Positions 25,780 to 40,427 are shown, numbered from the stretch's first letter. The stretch: DNA of 64,000 nucleotides from Camelus dromedarius (GCF_036321535.1 NC_087436.1:58158001-58222000); one strand, 5' to 3'. Numbers and translations are program-made. The notes: generated from the sequence alone by a model not told the origin.

Positions 25780-26780
25780 TAAATGTGCTTCTGCTTGTAA
25801 CTGCAAAGTCCAGTGGGGAAATGTCTAAAGAAATGAAGCCCTTGACACATGATCTGCATGAGTTATCTGTCCATAAAGGATGTCTGTTTTGAGGAAATTT
25901 TGTTATTATTCCAGATGGCAGTACTGTCATCTTGGCCACACCACATGTAGCACATTCAGGAATTATTCACTGTGTCTGGTGGCCTGGAAATGATTCTGCT
26001 ATTGAAAAGACTGTAACAAAGTGTCAGCATATGCCAAGCTTTTCAAACTGTCCTCCAAAAGCACTTCTTTTCCCATGGGAAGTTACCAAGAAGTTTTGGT
26101 CAACAACCCAAATATCTTTCACCAGACTTTTTTAAAAAAAGCTTCAATACGTTGATCTTTTGCTGGGTTCAGAGTCAACCAAGATTTATGTTGAATGGCA
26201 GCTATGCTTGCTATTATAAAACACTAGTGATCAGATACCTTAGCTTTGAATTTAGATAATTTGTGGATAGAAATATTAGGTAACTAGTCAACATTATTTG
26301 TCTCATTAGAAACATCTTGACGCTCACCTCAACAGTTTCCATTTAGAAACAAGTATTTACTAGCCTCAGTGCTAACCATATTATGTATGTTCTTTGATCA
26401 TTTGAACTGAAAGACTAAGATTTTGCTAAGGTTATGACATTAATAGAAGATGAATCATTTTTACTATAATTGAGGTCACAGATCTTTGTTATATAACATC
26501 CACAGTGCAGTGATCTCAGGATACCAAAGATACACTGATTGACTTCAAAAGTCTTCCTTCCCTGGGTACCAAAAACAGCAAACATCCACTCTAAAGTCCT
26601 TCAATATTGGATTTCCACCTGTACTTCCCAACATATGTCAGAGTCATAAAATGAAGACATCTTTTCCCTAGCACAGTTACAATGATGAAAGTGAAGACAT
26701 CTATTACATATTTTCATAAAGAGAGCCTCTCAAAAAAGTACTTACTCTATTGGTTAAAAGCTAATATGGAATTCGGAATA
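25780..26780 (+). mobile_element. Ty3/Gypsy pol relic (integrase Zn-binding region), MamGypsy-like
   Basis: ELSVHKGCLF*GNFVIIP..ILATPHVAHSGI..VWWPGNDSAIEKTVTKCQ..PPKALLFPWE..W matches the Gypsy integrase N-terminal consensus; outer limits approximate. Confidence 0.8.
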
Positions 26781-27634
26781 AGAGCTAAAAAGTATCTGCC
26801 TAATTAGAGAGATGACTATTATGATTTAATCTTGGTTGGCCAGTTTTCCTTTATTACTTATTGAGGGCTAGTGTCTTCATTCTAAGTGCCTGAATTTATA
26901 AACTAGAGGAAAGGGAGAGAATGAATTAGACAGATATGTGAGGAAGTGATTATTCCAAAACTTCATAGGGACTATAATAGAAGGAAACAGAGTGTAGAGA
27001 GGAGGCACAAAGAGGACAGTACAAGAAATCCTTGAAAGAGGAGAGTTTAAAAGAAAGTTTTCTCACCATGAGCAAATTATGAGGGTGGAGGAAAGATGCA
27101 GAAGTGTATGCGTTGGCAGAAAGCAAAGGCCTAAATCAAAAGATAAATGAAAATTCAGCCATTTTTCATAAGATAGGAAAATTCCAAGATTTTGCATAAC
27201 ATATATATCCATGACAGTATCTAAAATTTACTGTTTTAAGCAAAAGCCTTAGAATGGTATTTGGCATTAATCAGTTAATTTGATAAACCAATGGGTAAGT
27301 GTTGACAGAAGAGCCAGTAGAAGATAATTACTAGTAAATAATGAATGGAGATTTTTAAAAGTTGTTGTGCATTTATCAATCTGTCTCAAGTGGCGGTAGT
27401 CTGCAGCTGTCAATGATTTTCTACCAAAGCAGTATTTAGGGTACTGAGCTTTCAGGATTTAAAAGAAAATGAATCAAGGATTTATTTCCTTGCAGTTCCT
27501 ATCTAAATAATTACATTTTAGGATACCTAAAATTACATCAGGACATTTATCTTATAAAAAATGAACCCAGAGCAACCTAAATTTATGCTGATTAAGATAT
27601 TTTCTAGTAGACAGTTTATCAAGCTGCAAAGTAC

Positions 27635-27817
27635 CAGAAACTGTCACTTTCCATTCCACAATGGAAACAGGAGAACATGCTTGGAGTTACAACTGGTGAT
27701 GGCACAGGAAGCTCTGAGAAGCTCAAAACGCTTTACAAATAGTGATACAGGTCATACTGTTTTTACTCTGGATTTCCAGCACAACATAAAGAGAAACATA
27801 GAAAGATGCTGACTAAT
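27635..27817 (-). pseudogene. Fossil exon (3' end 27635 or 27527)
   Basis: Phase-2 start fits the upstream exon; YDLYHYL*SV..SPVVTP ~ GREB1L DDLDKLLEKM..DSVVTP. Confidence 0.55.
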
Positions 27818-28289
27818 CTAAATTTAAAATTCAAAATACAAACAACTATCAAAGACCAAACTAAAGGACCAATGTACTTTGTGAAAAATGATTATGTCTA
27901 AATGAATGCAATCTACATTGAAGTATGTCCAGATGAAGTAAATTTACATTAAAAATTAGCATTTTCATTATATGAAATTCTTGGTGTAACTATTACCTCC
28001 CCCCTCTTTTTGAACATTGAAATAAATTTTTTAAATCTCTAATTTCACCTATAGTCGCCTTGAATTTGTAAGTTAATTTGCATAAAACATTCTTGATCTG
28101 AGGGGTAGCAAAAGGTAATGTACTGTGTAATTAAAGACTACAGATTGTAGTGGCTAACATTGAAATAATAGTCAAAAAATGTTGGAAAACTTCTGTAATG
28201 CATTTTGAGAGCTTTAAATGTTCAGGTTATTTGTGCCATGAAAAATAACATCCAAACTCTGTAGGACTGTTCTGCCAGGCCATAATCCA

Positions 28290-28900
28290 TTCACTCTTTC
28301 AGTATTTGCTGAGCACCCATTATGAACCAGGTATTAGTTTAGACTCTGGACACATAATGATGAATAAAGCATGAAGTATTCATCTTATGAAATCTTGTTC
28401 TAGTAGGAACCAGACAGTAAACAGGTAAACAGATAAGTAAAGAAAAACATTACAGAAATGATGAGATAGGAAGTAAATAAAGAGCTTCATGACAGCGGAA
28501 GTAACTGGGGAGCCCATCTACAATGCTTCAATGAACTTTAAAAGTAACATCCGACCGGACACTTGTAGCATGAGAAGAAGGATTAGAGTAGGCTTATTGG
28601 AAGACATTCATATAACAGCATTTCTCTAGTGTTGCTTTCATTTCCTCCTTCAACTCATATTTATTGAGCATCTATTTTGTGTAGTCAGAAAAGGATTAGG
28701 TACCAAGAATATTGTTAACATGCAGTTATGATGAAGCCAGATCAGGCCTTTGCATTACCATGCTAACAATTTAAAATGGAAGACAGAAAATTTAAATAAA
28801 GCAATGACAATAAAGGTAGTGATTATTATCAAGGCTATATTTGGTACTATGGCAATTACGACCAACCTAGTCTAGTGGCCAATGAGCACCATATGAGAAA
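28290..28900 (-). mobile_element. Two LINE-2 3' fragments
   Basis: tatttgctgagcacccattatgaaccagg and tatttattgagcatctatt. Confidence 0.65.
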
Positions 28901-28921
28901 TAAATGTAAAAAAAAAGAAGG

Positions 28922-29533
28922 TTGTTCAGGTAGACAGAATCCTAAAATGGCCCCTCATATTTCCCTCCCCTATCTACATGCCCTCCATAATCTCCAGGAC
29001 TGTGTACTTAATAGATTTTACTCCTGTGCTTAGGCTAAGCAAATGGGAGAGCAGGCTTTAAAATAGGGAGGTTACCTGTGTAGGCCTGATGTCATGATGT
29101 GACCCTTTAAAAAGCAGTAAGTTTTTTTCCTGCTGGTTGCAAAAGAAGTCTGAGATTGGATGAATGAGAGGAATTTGATACTCTATTGCTTGCCTCAAAG
29201 TGAAAGGGGCCACAAATCAAAGATGGTGAATGGCCTCTAGATGAGTGGCTTCCAAGAGACAGCTAGTCAGCAAGCAGAGACCTCAGTTCTATAATCACAA
29301 GGAACTGAACTCTGACAACAACAAAAACGAGCCTGGAAGTGAATTTCTCCCCTGGAGCCTACAGATAAGAACTTTGCCTGATTGGCATTTTGATTTTGGC
29401 CTTGTAATATGCTGAGCCGAGAGCCCAGTTACTCTCTAAGATCCGACCTACAGAACTTCAAGCTAATATACGGGTGTCGTTTTAAGCTCCTGAATGTGTG
29501 ATAATTTGTTAACAGCAATGGAAAACCAATGCA
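28922..29533 (+). mobile_element. MaLR MLT1 LTR
   Basis: cagaatcctaaaatggcccc...cacaaggaactgaactctg...aatttgttaacagcaatggaaaaccaatgca. Confidence 0.85.
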
Positions 29534-29716
29534 GTTGTGGGTAGCAATGACAAACCCTGCTCAATTAAAATTGGGTAGGGTCATATTTTAATAGGCTAGG
29601 GTTTTTTTCTTGAAATAGATATAAGTCAACAGTAAGAAAAATGTATTTATTAGACTTAAAATGTTTGGTATGCTCATAAATTCATAAGTCCACAGTAAAA
29701 TTACATATTGTTTGTA

Positions 29717-29757
<41 letters not shown>
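29717..29757. repeat. (TA)n(CA)n microsatellite
   Basis: Direct reading. Confidence 0.95.
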
Positions 29758-30102
29758 TTCATTCATCTAGTCCTTACTTAGTTCTAAACCTAGAACTCTG
29801 TGAGGTTCTAACGCCATAAAAAAAATCTGCAACACAGAAATAGAGATACAGATTACCACCTAAAGATCAATGAAGTAAAATGTAACTTGGGGGGACTCCT
29901 CTAAGTTTTTAAAGTAATAGTTTTACAGTATCATTTTTACTTGAGGCTTTCCCTAGTAATCTAAATATATTTAGAATGGAATAAGTTTGAAACATCATGA
30001 GACAAGATATGATCTTAAAAATGTAAAGTATCAATTTATGATGAGTAAAAATAATTTTACATTTCTATACTCAAATTTTTAAAAATTGTTAATTTTATGT
30101 AC

Positions 30103-30247
30103 CTTCTTTCACTCCATTCAGCTCTATGATGATAAATATGTCCAAACAAGAAATTCTGTCCAGAATAAAAATCATGTATGCTTGTGAAGATATCAATCAG
30201 TTATTAAGAAAAAGAAGTTTGTGTTAATAAGCTTTATAATAAGAATC
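30103..30247 (-). pseudogene. Fossil exon (145 bp)
   Basis: tgctttag| ... AAG|GTACAT; FLL*SLLTQTSFS**LIDIFTS ~ ILSESLLTPAEYQKEVNYELVTG; phase 1 to 2. Confidence 0.7.
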
Positions 30248-31689
30248 CTAAAGCAATACGAACAATTATTTTTCAATTTCCACTAACTGACCACCTTTCT
30301 TTGATCTATATTCCCACGATCATTACACTACCTTGAAGTCTGGATATTTGTAACATTAATTTTTCTTCATTTGTGGAATATTAATGATGGATTCTGAATG
30401 ACTGGAGTTAAGTAAAACATGTCACATGGTGTTTCATAAAGTAACAAAGGGAACACAGGAAACCATGGTCAAGGAAAGTGACTGAACACACTAGTACATG
30501 ATACACACTCATCTGACATACACTCATGTAAGTAATTTTAATAATAAAATAGTAATTTTGAACAATCAGTGCTTTTAGAATCTGATGTGCAGGGCTATTC
30601 TCCTTGAGGGCAGAGAGAGGGATCATATATTTCTTTCTCTTCCCTACAACTGTGGTTTCAAGGAATTGCTTTACCTGTAAAGACACATACAGAGGAAGAA
30701 ACTTAATTGACAAGTAAGACACGGCTCATTAAGTCAGTCATCTTTCACTACAATGAAGAGGACATTCATTTGTCATTCTGTCACTAAGCAGCTATAAGAA
30801 GTAGTTTCACAATGTCTGATTTGGGACATACAAAAAGCTTAGAGTTAATTCTGTATGGTTATAGTTTGAAAATGGCTTTTTATAAAAGATAGCCTAAAAC
30901 TGGAAATAACAGACATGCCAAAATTTTTATTGAATGAAACTAGTTTGATGAGTGTAATTTATATTTGAATTTTTATCTTTTAAGCCAGATGTAGCATACA
31001 CCCTTTTCCAAAATGGATACTACAAGCAAGTGCTAAGCTAAAAACTCAGTTTCTTTATGGCACAGAAAACAGCAAAAATTAGATACTCCAAGCAGTACAA
31101 ACTTCAATCTTTGGTTTTAGTTATTTTTTCCATTTATTTTACTATTGATGTTAATTTTGAAAACTCATGTGCTTTATTAAGGAAATACTCTAGAAGCATA
31201 TTTTCACCTTTTTAAATAATATTTGCTATGTGATATTAGTTTTTTAAAAATCTATTTAAAATTTTTATATTTCTGAATTCTATATCATTTTGTTTACTTA
31301 GATTCTAATGTGAGAGAAAGTGTTTATCTTAACACATACATACACACAAAACTCTCTGGAAATTGAAATGCTCTAAATTTCATCATTAAATTAGCTGTAT
31401 TCATTGGGGTATAAGAATATTCATACTTCTATAGCATAGAATTCAGAGGAGGGAAAAAAGAGCCAATTATACAGTTTGTCCTAAATATAAAGAAGTAGTA
31501 ATAAGTCTTCCATTGGGCCAAATGTTTTTCTGGGCACCTGAGAAGTATAGCAGAATAATATAATCTTTTTGTTGTTATTTAAATGGTGGCAACTACTACT
31601 AGTTTTCTACTCTGCTTCTCTGTAATGTTTTAGTGTATAACTATTCAATATAAAGTCTACATCCTCAGCCTTTGCTTGTAGTTAGGTAT

Positions 31690-32052
31690 GACCATAATAG
31701 TAATTTTCTCCCATGGAGCCATAAGACAAGCATACTTATGTGCAACTCCCAGGTAAGTGTTGTGTGCAGCTTTAAAGGGTGAGCTGACCCTCCTTCCCCC
31801 TCCATCCTTTTCACTAGCTGGAATGAAGATGTGATGCCTAGAGCTCCAGCAGATCTTAAACCATGAGGTGAAGCCACGTGATGAGGTAAGAAAAGAAAAA
31901 AGAGCCTTGACCCCTGACACCACTGAACCATCACACCATTTCAGATCAGCCCACTTATAGTCTCATATGTTATTTAAGCCCTTGTTAGTACTTTGTATGT
32001 GTGGGAGGGATGGCAGTTATATGCATTCAAATCTAGTTTTAACTGATTCAGT
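31690..32052 (+). mobile_element. Old MaLR MLT1 LTR fragment
   Basis: gctggaatgaagatgtgatgcctagagctccagcag...tttaagcc...aactgattca. Confidence 0.7.
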
Positions 32053-32349
32053 AACATGCTACAACTGAAATATATAAATTTTTATTATGTTGCTACTATG
32101 TGTCAGGGTAGTCTCTGCTTAAAAAGAAAAGGAAGTCATGTTATGTCATTTATTTCATAGAGTTAAAAAATTGGTGAGAGCAATGATGCCAAATATGCAT
32201 GCTAGAAAGTAATAACATGAATGAATAAATTATAAGTAAACATTATGTTAACAGAGTGAAAGGAGGGATTTGAATTTCCTATGATTGGAGAAGGTAAATA
32301 TAGAAGATGGAGGTAAATAATTTTCAAACAAAGGAAATAGCTCTTATCT

Positions 32350-33560
32350 ATCTATTCAATAGAAATTTATCAAGTGTTTACTGTGTATCCACAGCTATGT
32401 TAATCAGAGTTTCATTCACTTAATGATTCATTTATTTGAAATTTCTTTGAAACTTCACTTTTCACTTCCTGAATATTAAAATCATTTAATTTTTAACAAT
32501 ACTTTGTGAGAATGATTTTACAGGTTAGGAATCTGAAGTTAGTGAGATTAAAGAGTTTGTCCAAGATTACTCAGCTAAAAATGAACAAAGTTTTAGCCAT
32601 GGTCTGTGTGATTCTAAAGTCTCTGCTGTATGTTAAGGATTTGTCCCTCCCCCTAAGGAGTTAACATTCTGGTAGAGGAGACCAAGCACATACATTTTAA
32701 TAAAATGTAAACACTGACATTATAAAGTGCAAAGTATTTACAGCAGAACATAATGATTGATTCTTCTTGATGGGTTCATGATGGGAAGGCAAAAGGGAGG
32801 TTCAGAAAAGAACCAACAATGAAGCTACAACTTTAACGGGGGTAAGAATTCACCAGGCATAAAATGAGAGAATGAAAGTTATAAGCAGAAGGAAGAGTAT
32901 GTGCAGAGGTAAAGAGGTGTGAAAAAACATGACTCTTCAAACTATTACAGTGTGTTTGCAGCAGAGTTTGCTGTGAGGAGCAAGGGGAGAAGTGTGACAG
33001 AAATGTAGGGAAGAGGGAATCTTCAAGGAGGGAGCAGATGACATCTGCGATTAGTCAGGATAGGGGTGGAAGAAAGGTCATTACATTTGATGATAAAGAA
33101 ATCTTATCAACGATCTTCAGAAGTAAGAGACGAAGCAGAAATAGGTAGAAGTGGAGACACTGATATTTTAAGACAACTGAAATGAATGGATTCAGACGTG
33201 TGATTTTGATTTGAAGGAAAAGTCTTCCCACCACCTTCCCCTAAAACACACACCAGAATTTAGTTGTTGTATTTCAAGGGTGAAAGACAGTTCAGCACAT
33301 CTAGGGAAAGGAGTTGGTGTGGAGGGAGATACAGAAAGATTATTAATGATTCAGACTTCTGGAGGAGGCTGGAAGGGAATAGGGGCACAGATGGAGTGGA
33401 AAGACTTGAACTGGCTAGAGCATGTATTTATTAGCTGAGGGGAAAAAATTAAAGATATAGAAGAAGAGGACATTCATTTGTCATTCTGTCACTAAGCAGC
33501 TATAAAATTCTCTTGTAAAATAGAAAATTTCGGAGATAGTAAGAGTCTGCTGAGATTAGC
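32350..33560 (-). mobile_element. LINE-2 region with a MIR-like insert (~32470-32620)
   Basis: ccctccccctaaggagttaacattctggtagaggagac..gtgcagaggtaaagaggtgtgaaa; MIR core ttgtccaagattactcagcta. Confidence 0.55.
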
Positions 33561-34308
33561 ATAAATTAAGGTAAGACTTGAGAAAAATGACAAAAGTTTT
33601 GCTGCAACTATTCAGGAACTTAGAGATTTTTAAGAAATTATTAAAAAGACTCTCAAGTAGTGTTGAGGGTCCAACTAAGGTTGTAAATACAAAAATATAC
33701 CATACAAAAACTCTACTGACCAAACATTACTAACGTAGGATATTAATTAACGGAAATAAAAATGTGGACTTCATGTTCACTATTGGGATAATGAGTAAAA
33801 GGATTTTTTCTGAGTTCAAACCAACAAAGTCTTGCATTCTGAGTGTATTCTGAGTCTAGACTTTATCATTCATAACTCCTGTGTTGCTGTTCCAAAGATA
33901 GCCAATAGAATCTAGAAGAAAGCAGGATGCTGAGTGTGTGCTTAGAATAGTATGTAGGAGTACAAAGATGTGGACCCTCTCAGCTTTAGGATGGGCAGGA
34001 AGAGTGGAAAATAGCCTCCAATGTATGGCAAAGACAGTCATATTCTATATGATCCACAGTATGGTAAACTACTACAAAGTATTACTGTGCAGTTTCTGTG
34101 GATAGATAGGGTGATTATGAAAGGTTGTTGCTGTAAGTGGACTATGTAGAACTAGAGCCACCCAAGGACAGAGAAACATGCTAATTCAATACTGAGTAAG
34201 AATGCATGGAGATGAACAGTAGTGGACATTTCAACAGGGGACTGGAAACTACACCAGTGAAAGCAGAACTAGTCAAGAGATAGAGCCTCTTGGTTTATGG
34301 ATGATTAG

Positions 34309-34340
34309 AGTGTGTGTGTGTGTGTGTGTGTGTGCGTGTG
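34309..34340. repeat. (TG)n microsatellite
   Basis: Direct reading. Confidence 0.95.
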
Positions 34341-37300
34341 AAAAAGGAATAGGAGGACACTAATGGTGTGACTTCAGGAAAGTTCCTAAGGCCATATTCA
34401 GCACTGAATGAAAGGAGTTTACCACCCCCAAAAGACCAACGGAGGTTGGACAAGGCACATCTCATCAATGATCACGATAGACTAAAAATTCCCCTCCAGT
34501 AACCATATAAACCCTTCCCCAGAATCTTGTGTATCCTGGGGAGAGGGAAAGAACTCATATGTGCCCATAAGATGGAGTTTCTAACAACTTGTGGCAAGTA
34601 GAATTACAGCTAGATTTATCTGCTTATGAAAACAAAACAGGATATTTCTTATGTCCAATTGTCATGGACCAAATTCATATTCTTGATACAGACAAGTAAC
34701 TCATTCAATGTGATTTTTTATAGGCAAATCTCTTTCTTACACATCTCCATCCTGCCTTAATGGCAGACACACACACAGAGACACACACCACAACTGTTCC
34801 TCTCTTACCCAACATTCAGCCTATAATTTGTTTATCATAGTGTTTCCACTGAATATTTTAGTAACGTTTTTCATGCAACTTAAGGATGTGACTGAAAGCC
34901 TGGATCTTCCCCATCCACACAGATCTGCCTTAAATAATCACCACCTTTTATACATTCTTACACATAAGGACTCCGTATCTTTAGGAATTGATTATTTTCA
35001 AAAATTTGTAGATGACCTCAGAAAACCTTCTGAATTCTTTTGCAAAGAAAATACTCATTAGTCCATTCCTTAAAATTGACCATTACAAAGTCTATGCATT
35101 TTTCCACACACTCTTCTCTGTAGATGGGAACTTCAGACTTCACAGTGGCCTCACCTTAACAGTTACTCATCAGGCAATTTTATGTGCTCCCATGACCTTA
35201 GATGGAAAGCATGCAATTATGAACTTGGCCCTAGTTCTACTTATTCTACTGATTCACTAGAGAGTCTGGACAAATATTTTAAGTGCTATGGAACACAAAT
35301 TTTCTTTCATTGACTAAAATGTAGATTTATTAATGTTTGAGGTACACTTATTGCATATTAAACATTACCTGAATAATTATGACAATCACAGTTTTAGATT
35401 CTTAAATAATATATGATTATATAGAAGGAAAAGCTATTTAAAATTGTGGTATATGTTATTAAACTTCAGACCAGACATACTATTCTAAATAATTCTGCAA
35501 CACTAAATAAGAATTGAATAACTGATAAAATATACTGAGCCCTCTCACTGGTTTACTATGAATTTTGGATGAGTCACCTTTATCTTTACCTCATTCCTTC
35601 AAATTGTTTATTAGAAATGTTTTCCTGGTGAAACAATAATGGATAAATTACTAGATTATATTTATTTATTCACCAACAATTTTGAGAAAAACATCATACA
35701 TTCTCAAAAGCAAGTGTTTTGAACTATTGAATTTATATGTAGACTATTTTGGCTGGTTTGCTAATATTTTAGGTCTTCTAGTAATTCATTGGTATACATA
35801 TCAGTTACTATCTCATCACACTAAAAGATCATGAAACCTGATATGATACCATTAAGGATATTTGTTATTGCAGCAACAGCTGAATTTTCTGCAAATTTAA
35901 AATATGTCAATGACATTTATTAAAAGTCAAACTATTATTAAAGTATCATGCAATCTGCCTCTCCTCTCCCATCTTTTGACTTTCATGTGTATATATAGGC
36001 ACATACCTGTAGCAAATAAATAGTCATAGATGAAATATCTGTAAAGTTTTCCTATTGGTGCCTAAAACAAAACCAGTGCAGGAAGAATTTTCAAAAGACA
36101 ATTCAGTCTTTCAAGTCTCTGAAACTTCAGAAACCAATAGCTTCAATGGTATTTCGAACACATCTCAGTTATCTGGGATAGGAAGGAAGTAATTTGCTCT
36201 TGGGTTAGTATGGGTCTCAACTCAACAACTCCATATTTCAATCTTTTCAACTGGTCACTGACATCTGCAACACTTTGCTATACTGTAATAAAATAACTGA
36301 CCTGTTAGTATCATTTGAGAATTTAGACTCACTTTTCTTAATACTTTCCACAAGTGGCTAGCTCACTCAGTGCAAAAATACTGAAATACATAGGCAGGGG
36401 ATGAACAAGATACTATAGGTACAATCTGGGTTTATTAAACATTGACAATTAATGTCTGGAACCTTGCAAGTTTATGTATAAATATTACAAATAAAGCCAT
36501 AAAGATATCAATGAATACTGTGTTTGCTAACAAACCAAAATTAGTTACTATAATTTGTGAAAAATACCCAACTATCACCAAGAAGTAAGTATGTTACAAA
36601 TAAAAAGTTTTACAAATAATAACATTTCTGAAATAAAGCATATTTATTTCTTTAATAATATCTTTATTGCTTTATGTATTTATTACTATAATAATATTTG
36701 TCCAGGTGAATAACCATTTCAGAGTACTTAATAAGTTATTAAAAGTTTTTCTTTTGATATATATATAAATAGCACCAATGTGTATTATATGGATTTATTC
36801 AAATAATTACATATTGTAACTATCTAAAAAATGCATCAAGTAAATATAGATTACTAGAAAAATGATCTCTTATTGCTCATAAACTTTACAGATCTTTCAA
36901 TAGTTTCACTGTCTGTAGTGACCTTGCAGTTTGAATATTAGAAGCTTAAACAATGTATTTCTGAAAAGCACATAATGTTCTAAGAAACATAAATATAACT
37001 GTTTCTATAAGATTTAAGACTTGGCATATAATATGATTAATTTCCTTTTTCAAGTAAAAATATATAAAAATTACTACAATCCTTGTTTTATTTGCTTTGT
37101 TTTATTTTACTTTTTGCAGTTAAATTTACATGTGACAACCCACTATCAAATAGATTTCTGGAAATTTCTATCATTAAAACAACATAACCATGAATCCAGA
37201 AAAAAAATTTAAATTATTGTGAAGGATGACTATTAAGTAAATAGCTATTTCAAAGTCTTTGTTCTCTACTATATTGAAAAGATCATCTGATCTCATGTTA

Positions 37301-38014
37301 GAAGCCAATTATATACAGTGAAATAGAGAAAAAGGTAGGGTAGAGACTATAATGGCTTGGTGATATCACAGAAAATAGGAGTCAATTTTAGACTGAAATG
37401 GAGATTGCTTATTAAACTATAGGAAAGTGGAGATGTTATAAGGTAGAGAATGGTGAAGCTGAAGGGGTAAGCAAATGAGAGAGGTAGAAATGACTAGAAG
37501 CTGAAAATGTGAAAAGTAAACAGAAGACTATCAGACACATGAAAAGCCATAATTATTTATTGAAATTAATTATTTTGTTCCAGGACCTGTATTTTCCACA
37601 TTTTAGCCAAAGCACACCCTCTATCACCTGTTGACATTTGCCCCTTCTCCCTCAAAGCCCCACTCCCTCACCACATGGTCTCAAACTTTATTCTCTGGAA
37701 ACAGAGTACACCCCAGGCAGAACGCTGCTCCAACTGCTAAGCAAGCCCTCTCAGAGAGTGGACTCCACATGTACCAGTTTAGGAAGAAATGGTCCCTGCG
37801 AAGAAGGCAGGTACTAAGGAAACATGTATCTGCTGATGTCTGCCATTTTACAAGCAAATTGCAGTACTCACATTTTTTCAAGCTTGGTATCACATCCTAG
37901 TACAAAATTAGAAACACCTCCTGTCCCTCTTCATACGGTTGTATCACTCAGTTTCAACCAAGCACCCAAGGTACATAGAGTCTTGTATTTCTCCACCCTG
38001 GAAAGCTAAAGCTA

Positions 38015-38390
38015 GTGTCTTAGCTTTAGCTACAGCTGCTGTAACAGAGTACCATACTGCATGACTTAAACAACAGAAATTAATTTCTCACAATTCTAGG
38101 GGCTGGGCATGGTATCAGCATGTTGGGTGTCTTCTAAGGCCACTCTCCTTGCCTTGCAGGTGGCCACTTTCTTGATGCGTCCTCGCATAATCTTTCTTCA
38201 GCTTACACACACTTCTGATATCTGTGTGTCCAAATTTCCTCAGTTTATAAGGATGATAGGTCAAACTGGATTAGGGCCCACTGTAATGGCTTCATTTAAA
38301 CATAATTGCCTCTTTAAAGGCCCTATTTCCAAACAAGCCATGCTCTGAAGTACTGAGTATTAGGATTTCAAGATACAAAATTTGGGGGGA
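38015..38390 (-). mobile_element. MaLR MLT1A/B-like LTR
   Basis: gctgctgtaacagagtacca..ttaaacaacagaaat..ggattagggcccac.. Confidence 0.85.
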
Positions 38391-39841
38391 GAGGGCTAGA
38401 TAATTTGATATTTGATGGCATTTAAACTGATTTTTTTTCTCATTTTTCTTGTGCTTTTGATTCTGTTTTGGGGAGAACTAGCTTTTTACTCATGTATTTC
38501 TATATAAAGCATCATCAGACATGTGTTTACATTTTCTTTTAGTCTTCTTACCTGCTCTGTGTATGCCCACTTCTTAAAGTACATTCTAACAGTAACTGTT
38601 TTAAACACATGCCCTGCTCTGAAAATATGCATCTCAACAAGCCAATCCATCAGATGAACAAAGTTATCGATAGCAGAGTTAAATGGTTAAAGCCATTTTA
38701 ACTGAGCTCTAATTCATATTTCATTACCACCATAAAAGACTAAATCCATTTCAAAGTGAAGCTATGAGAGAAGACTATTTAAATAGTCAAATCTCAATGA
38801 AGAGATTATGTAGCCTCAGGGAACAATAGAGAAAATACCTGCCTACTAGTTCTTCAGTTCCCAGTGGTCTGGTCGTGCCAGCACATTGTTCCCATGACTC
38901 TACCCCTCTACTAAACTGAAGCACTGAGGATTCTTTTGGAAACAATAATCAATTTTCCAACAAGACCGATATGGGGTATTTTTATAAGGAGTTGTGATGA
39001 TACAATAAAACAAATTCAGGTTTAAAGTTTGGCAAACATTTGAAAGAAATTGTTTAGCTTTAAATAATATTTAAACTAGAAAAGTATAACTGTGTCTGTG
39101 TCTATGATTAATATTTTTATGGTACAACTAATACTTTATATATTTTAAATATAGTAAAATAGAGATACTTCTAAACAGATTACTTAAGCATATGAAACAA
39201 TTTCTTTTCCAAAAAGTATGTATGTGTATTTCTACACCAAAAGAAACCAAACTCATTATAATGTTCAAAAAGGGTGAAACACAAAAAGTAAAGGTTTACC
39301 AAAATCTGTAATTCCTACATATAACTTTAAAGCCATCCAGATTTCTTCATTTGAGATAAAAACATATGCATCCACAAACATATAACTCCATATTTATATA
39401 TGCATATGTGTATATATACATAAATAGGTACATGTATGCATTTAACAAAATATGAATATAGCCTCCATGTATCCCATTCTTTTAAATGAATAAACAGTAC
39501 TGATGATAACAACTGTGGTAATAACAGCAATGGCCGACATTTATTGACAACTATTAAGTAGGCACTGAACTAAATACTTTATATGCATTGATCTTTTAAG
39601 GTTTAAAACACTATTATAAATTAAATCCCATTTCTCCTCATATTCCTGTTGGGTTAAGCATGGATAAAACAACTGGATGACAATGTCTGCTGGGGAGCTA
39701 ATTTTATTTATCTATCTATATCTATTTATTATTTTAATGAGGAAGTATAGCAAATAAAAAGAAATAGAATGAGAACCCCCAGTTAAGAATTCATAATTAT
39801 GAAATTCAAGCAGTATGTACCCTATTTCTAACATAATGGGA

Positions 39842-39880
<39 letters not shown>

Positions 39881-39904
39881 CCTACCTACCTACCTACCTA
39901 CCTA
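39842..39904. repeat. (CTAT)n(CTAC)n tetranucleotide repeat
   Basis: Direct reading. Confidence 0.95.
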
Positions 39905-40427
39905 ATACTCTAATACTTCTTTTGTGGACCTATCCTATATTTCCAAATTGAAGGATTCCATTGTGAGTCCAAATCCCAGTAGCCCTCTTCTTCATTAAAT
40001 TAAACTCTTAGGTGACAATGATGCAAATAAATCACCATAGTTACTCCTTAACTTTGCTAAAGGAATTTTCCAGGTGTGGATATATGGTTCATAACAGTCT
40101 ACTCCAAATATTCTGATATGTATTTTGCAAAATGGAGTTGAAGAAGGAGCTTTACTTTTGGGATAATGGAACTCTAAGGATGATCGTTCATTGTTTCCAT
40201 TTCTCTTGCCACATGAAGAAAGCCTGTCTTTAGTAGGAGGAAATAAGTTCCACACATACATAGGGAATAGACGCAATAAACGGAGTGAGATAAGAAAGGA
40301 TGGAAAGAGAGAGAGAGGTGTGTAGAGGAAGCAAGTCAAGAAGGCGTAGCAGGAGAAAGGAATAGGAAGGGAGAGAAGAGAGAACTGACAGCCTAATTTA
40401 TGTCTGTAGATTAAGTCAGGCCTAAAA

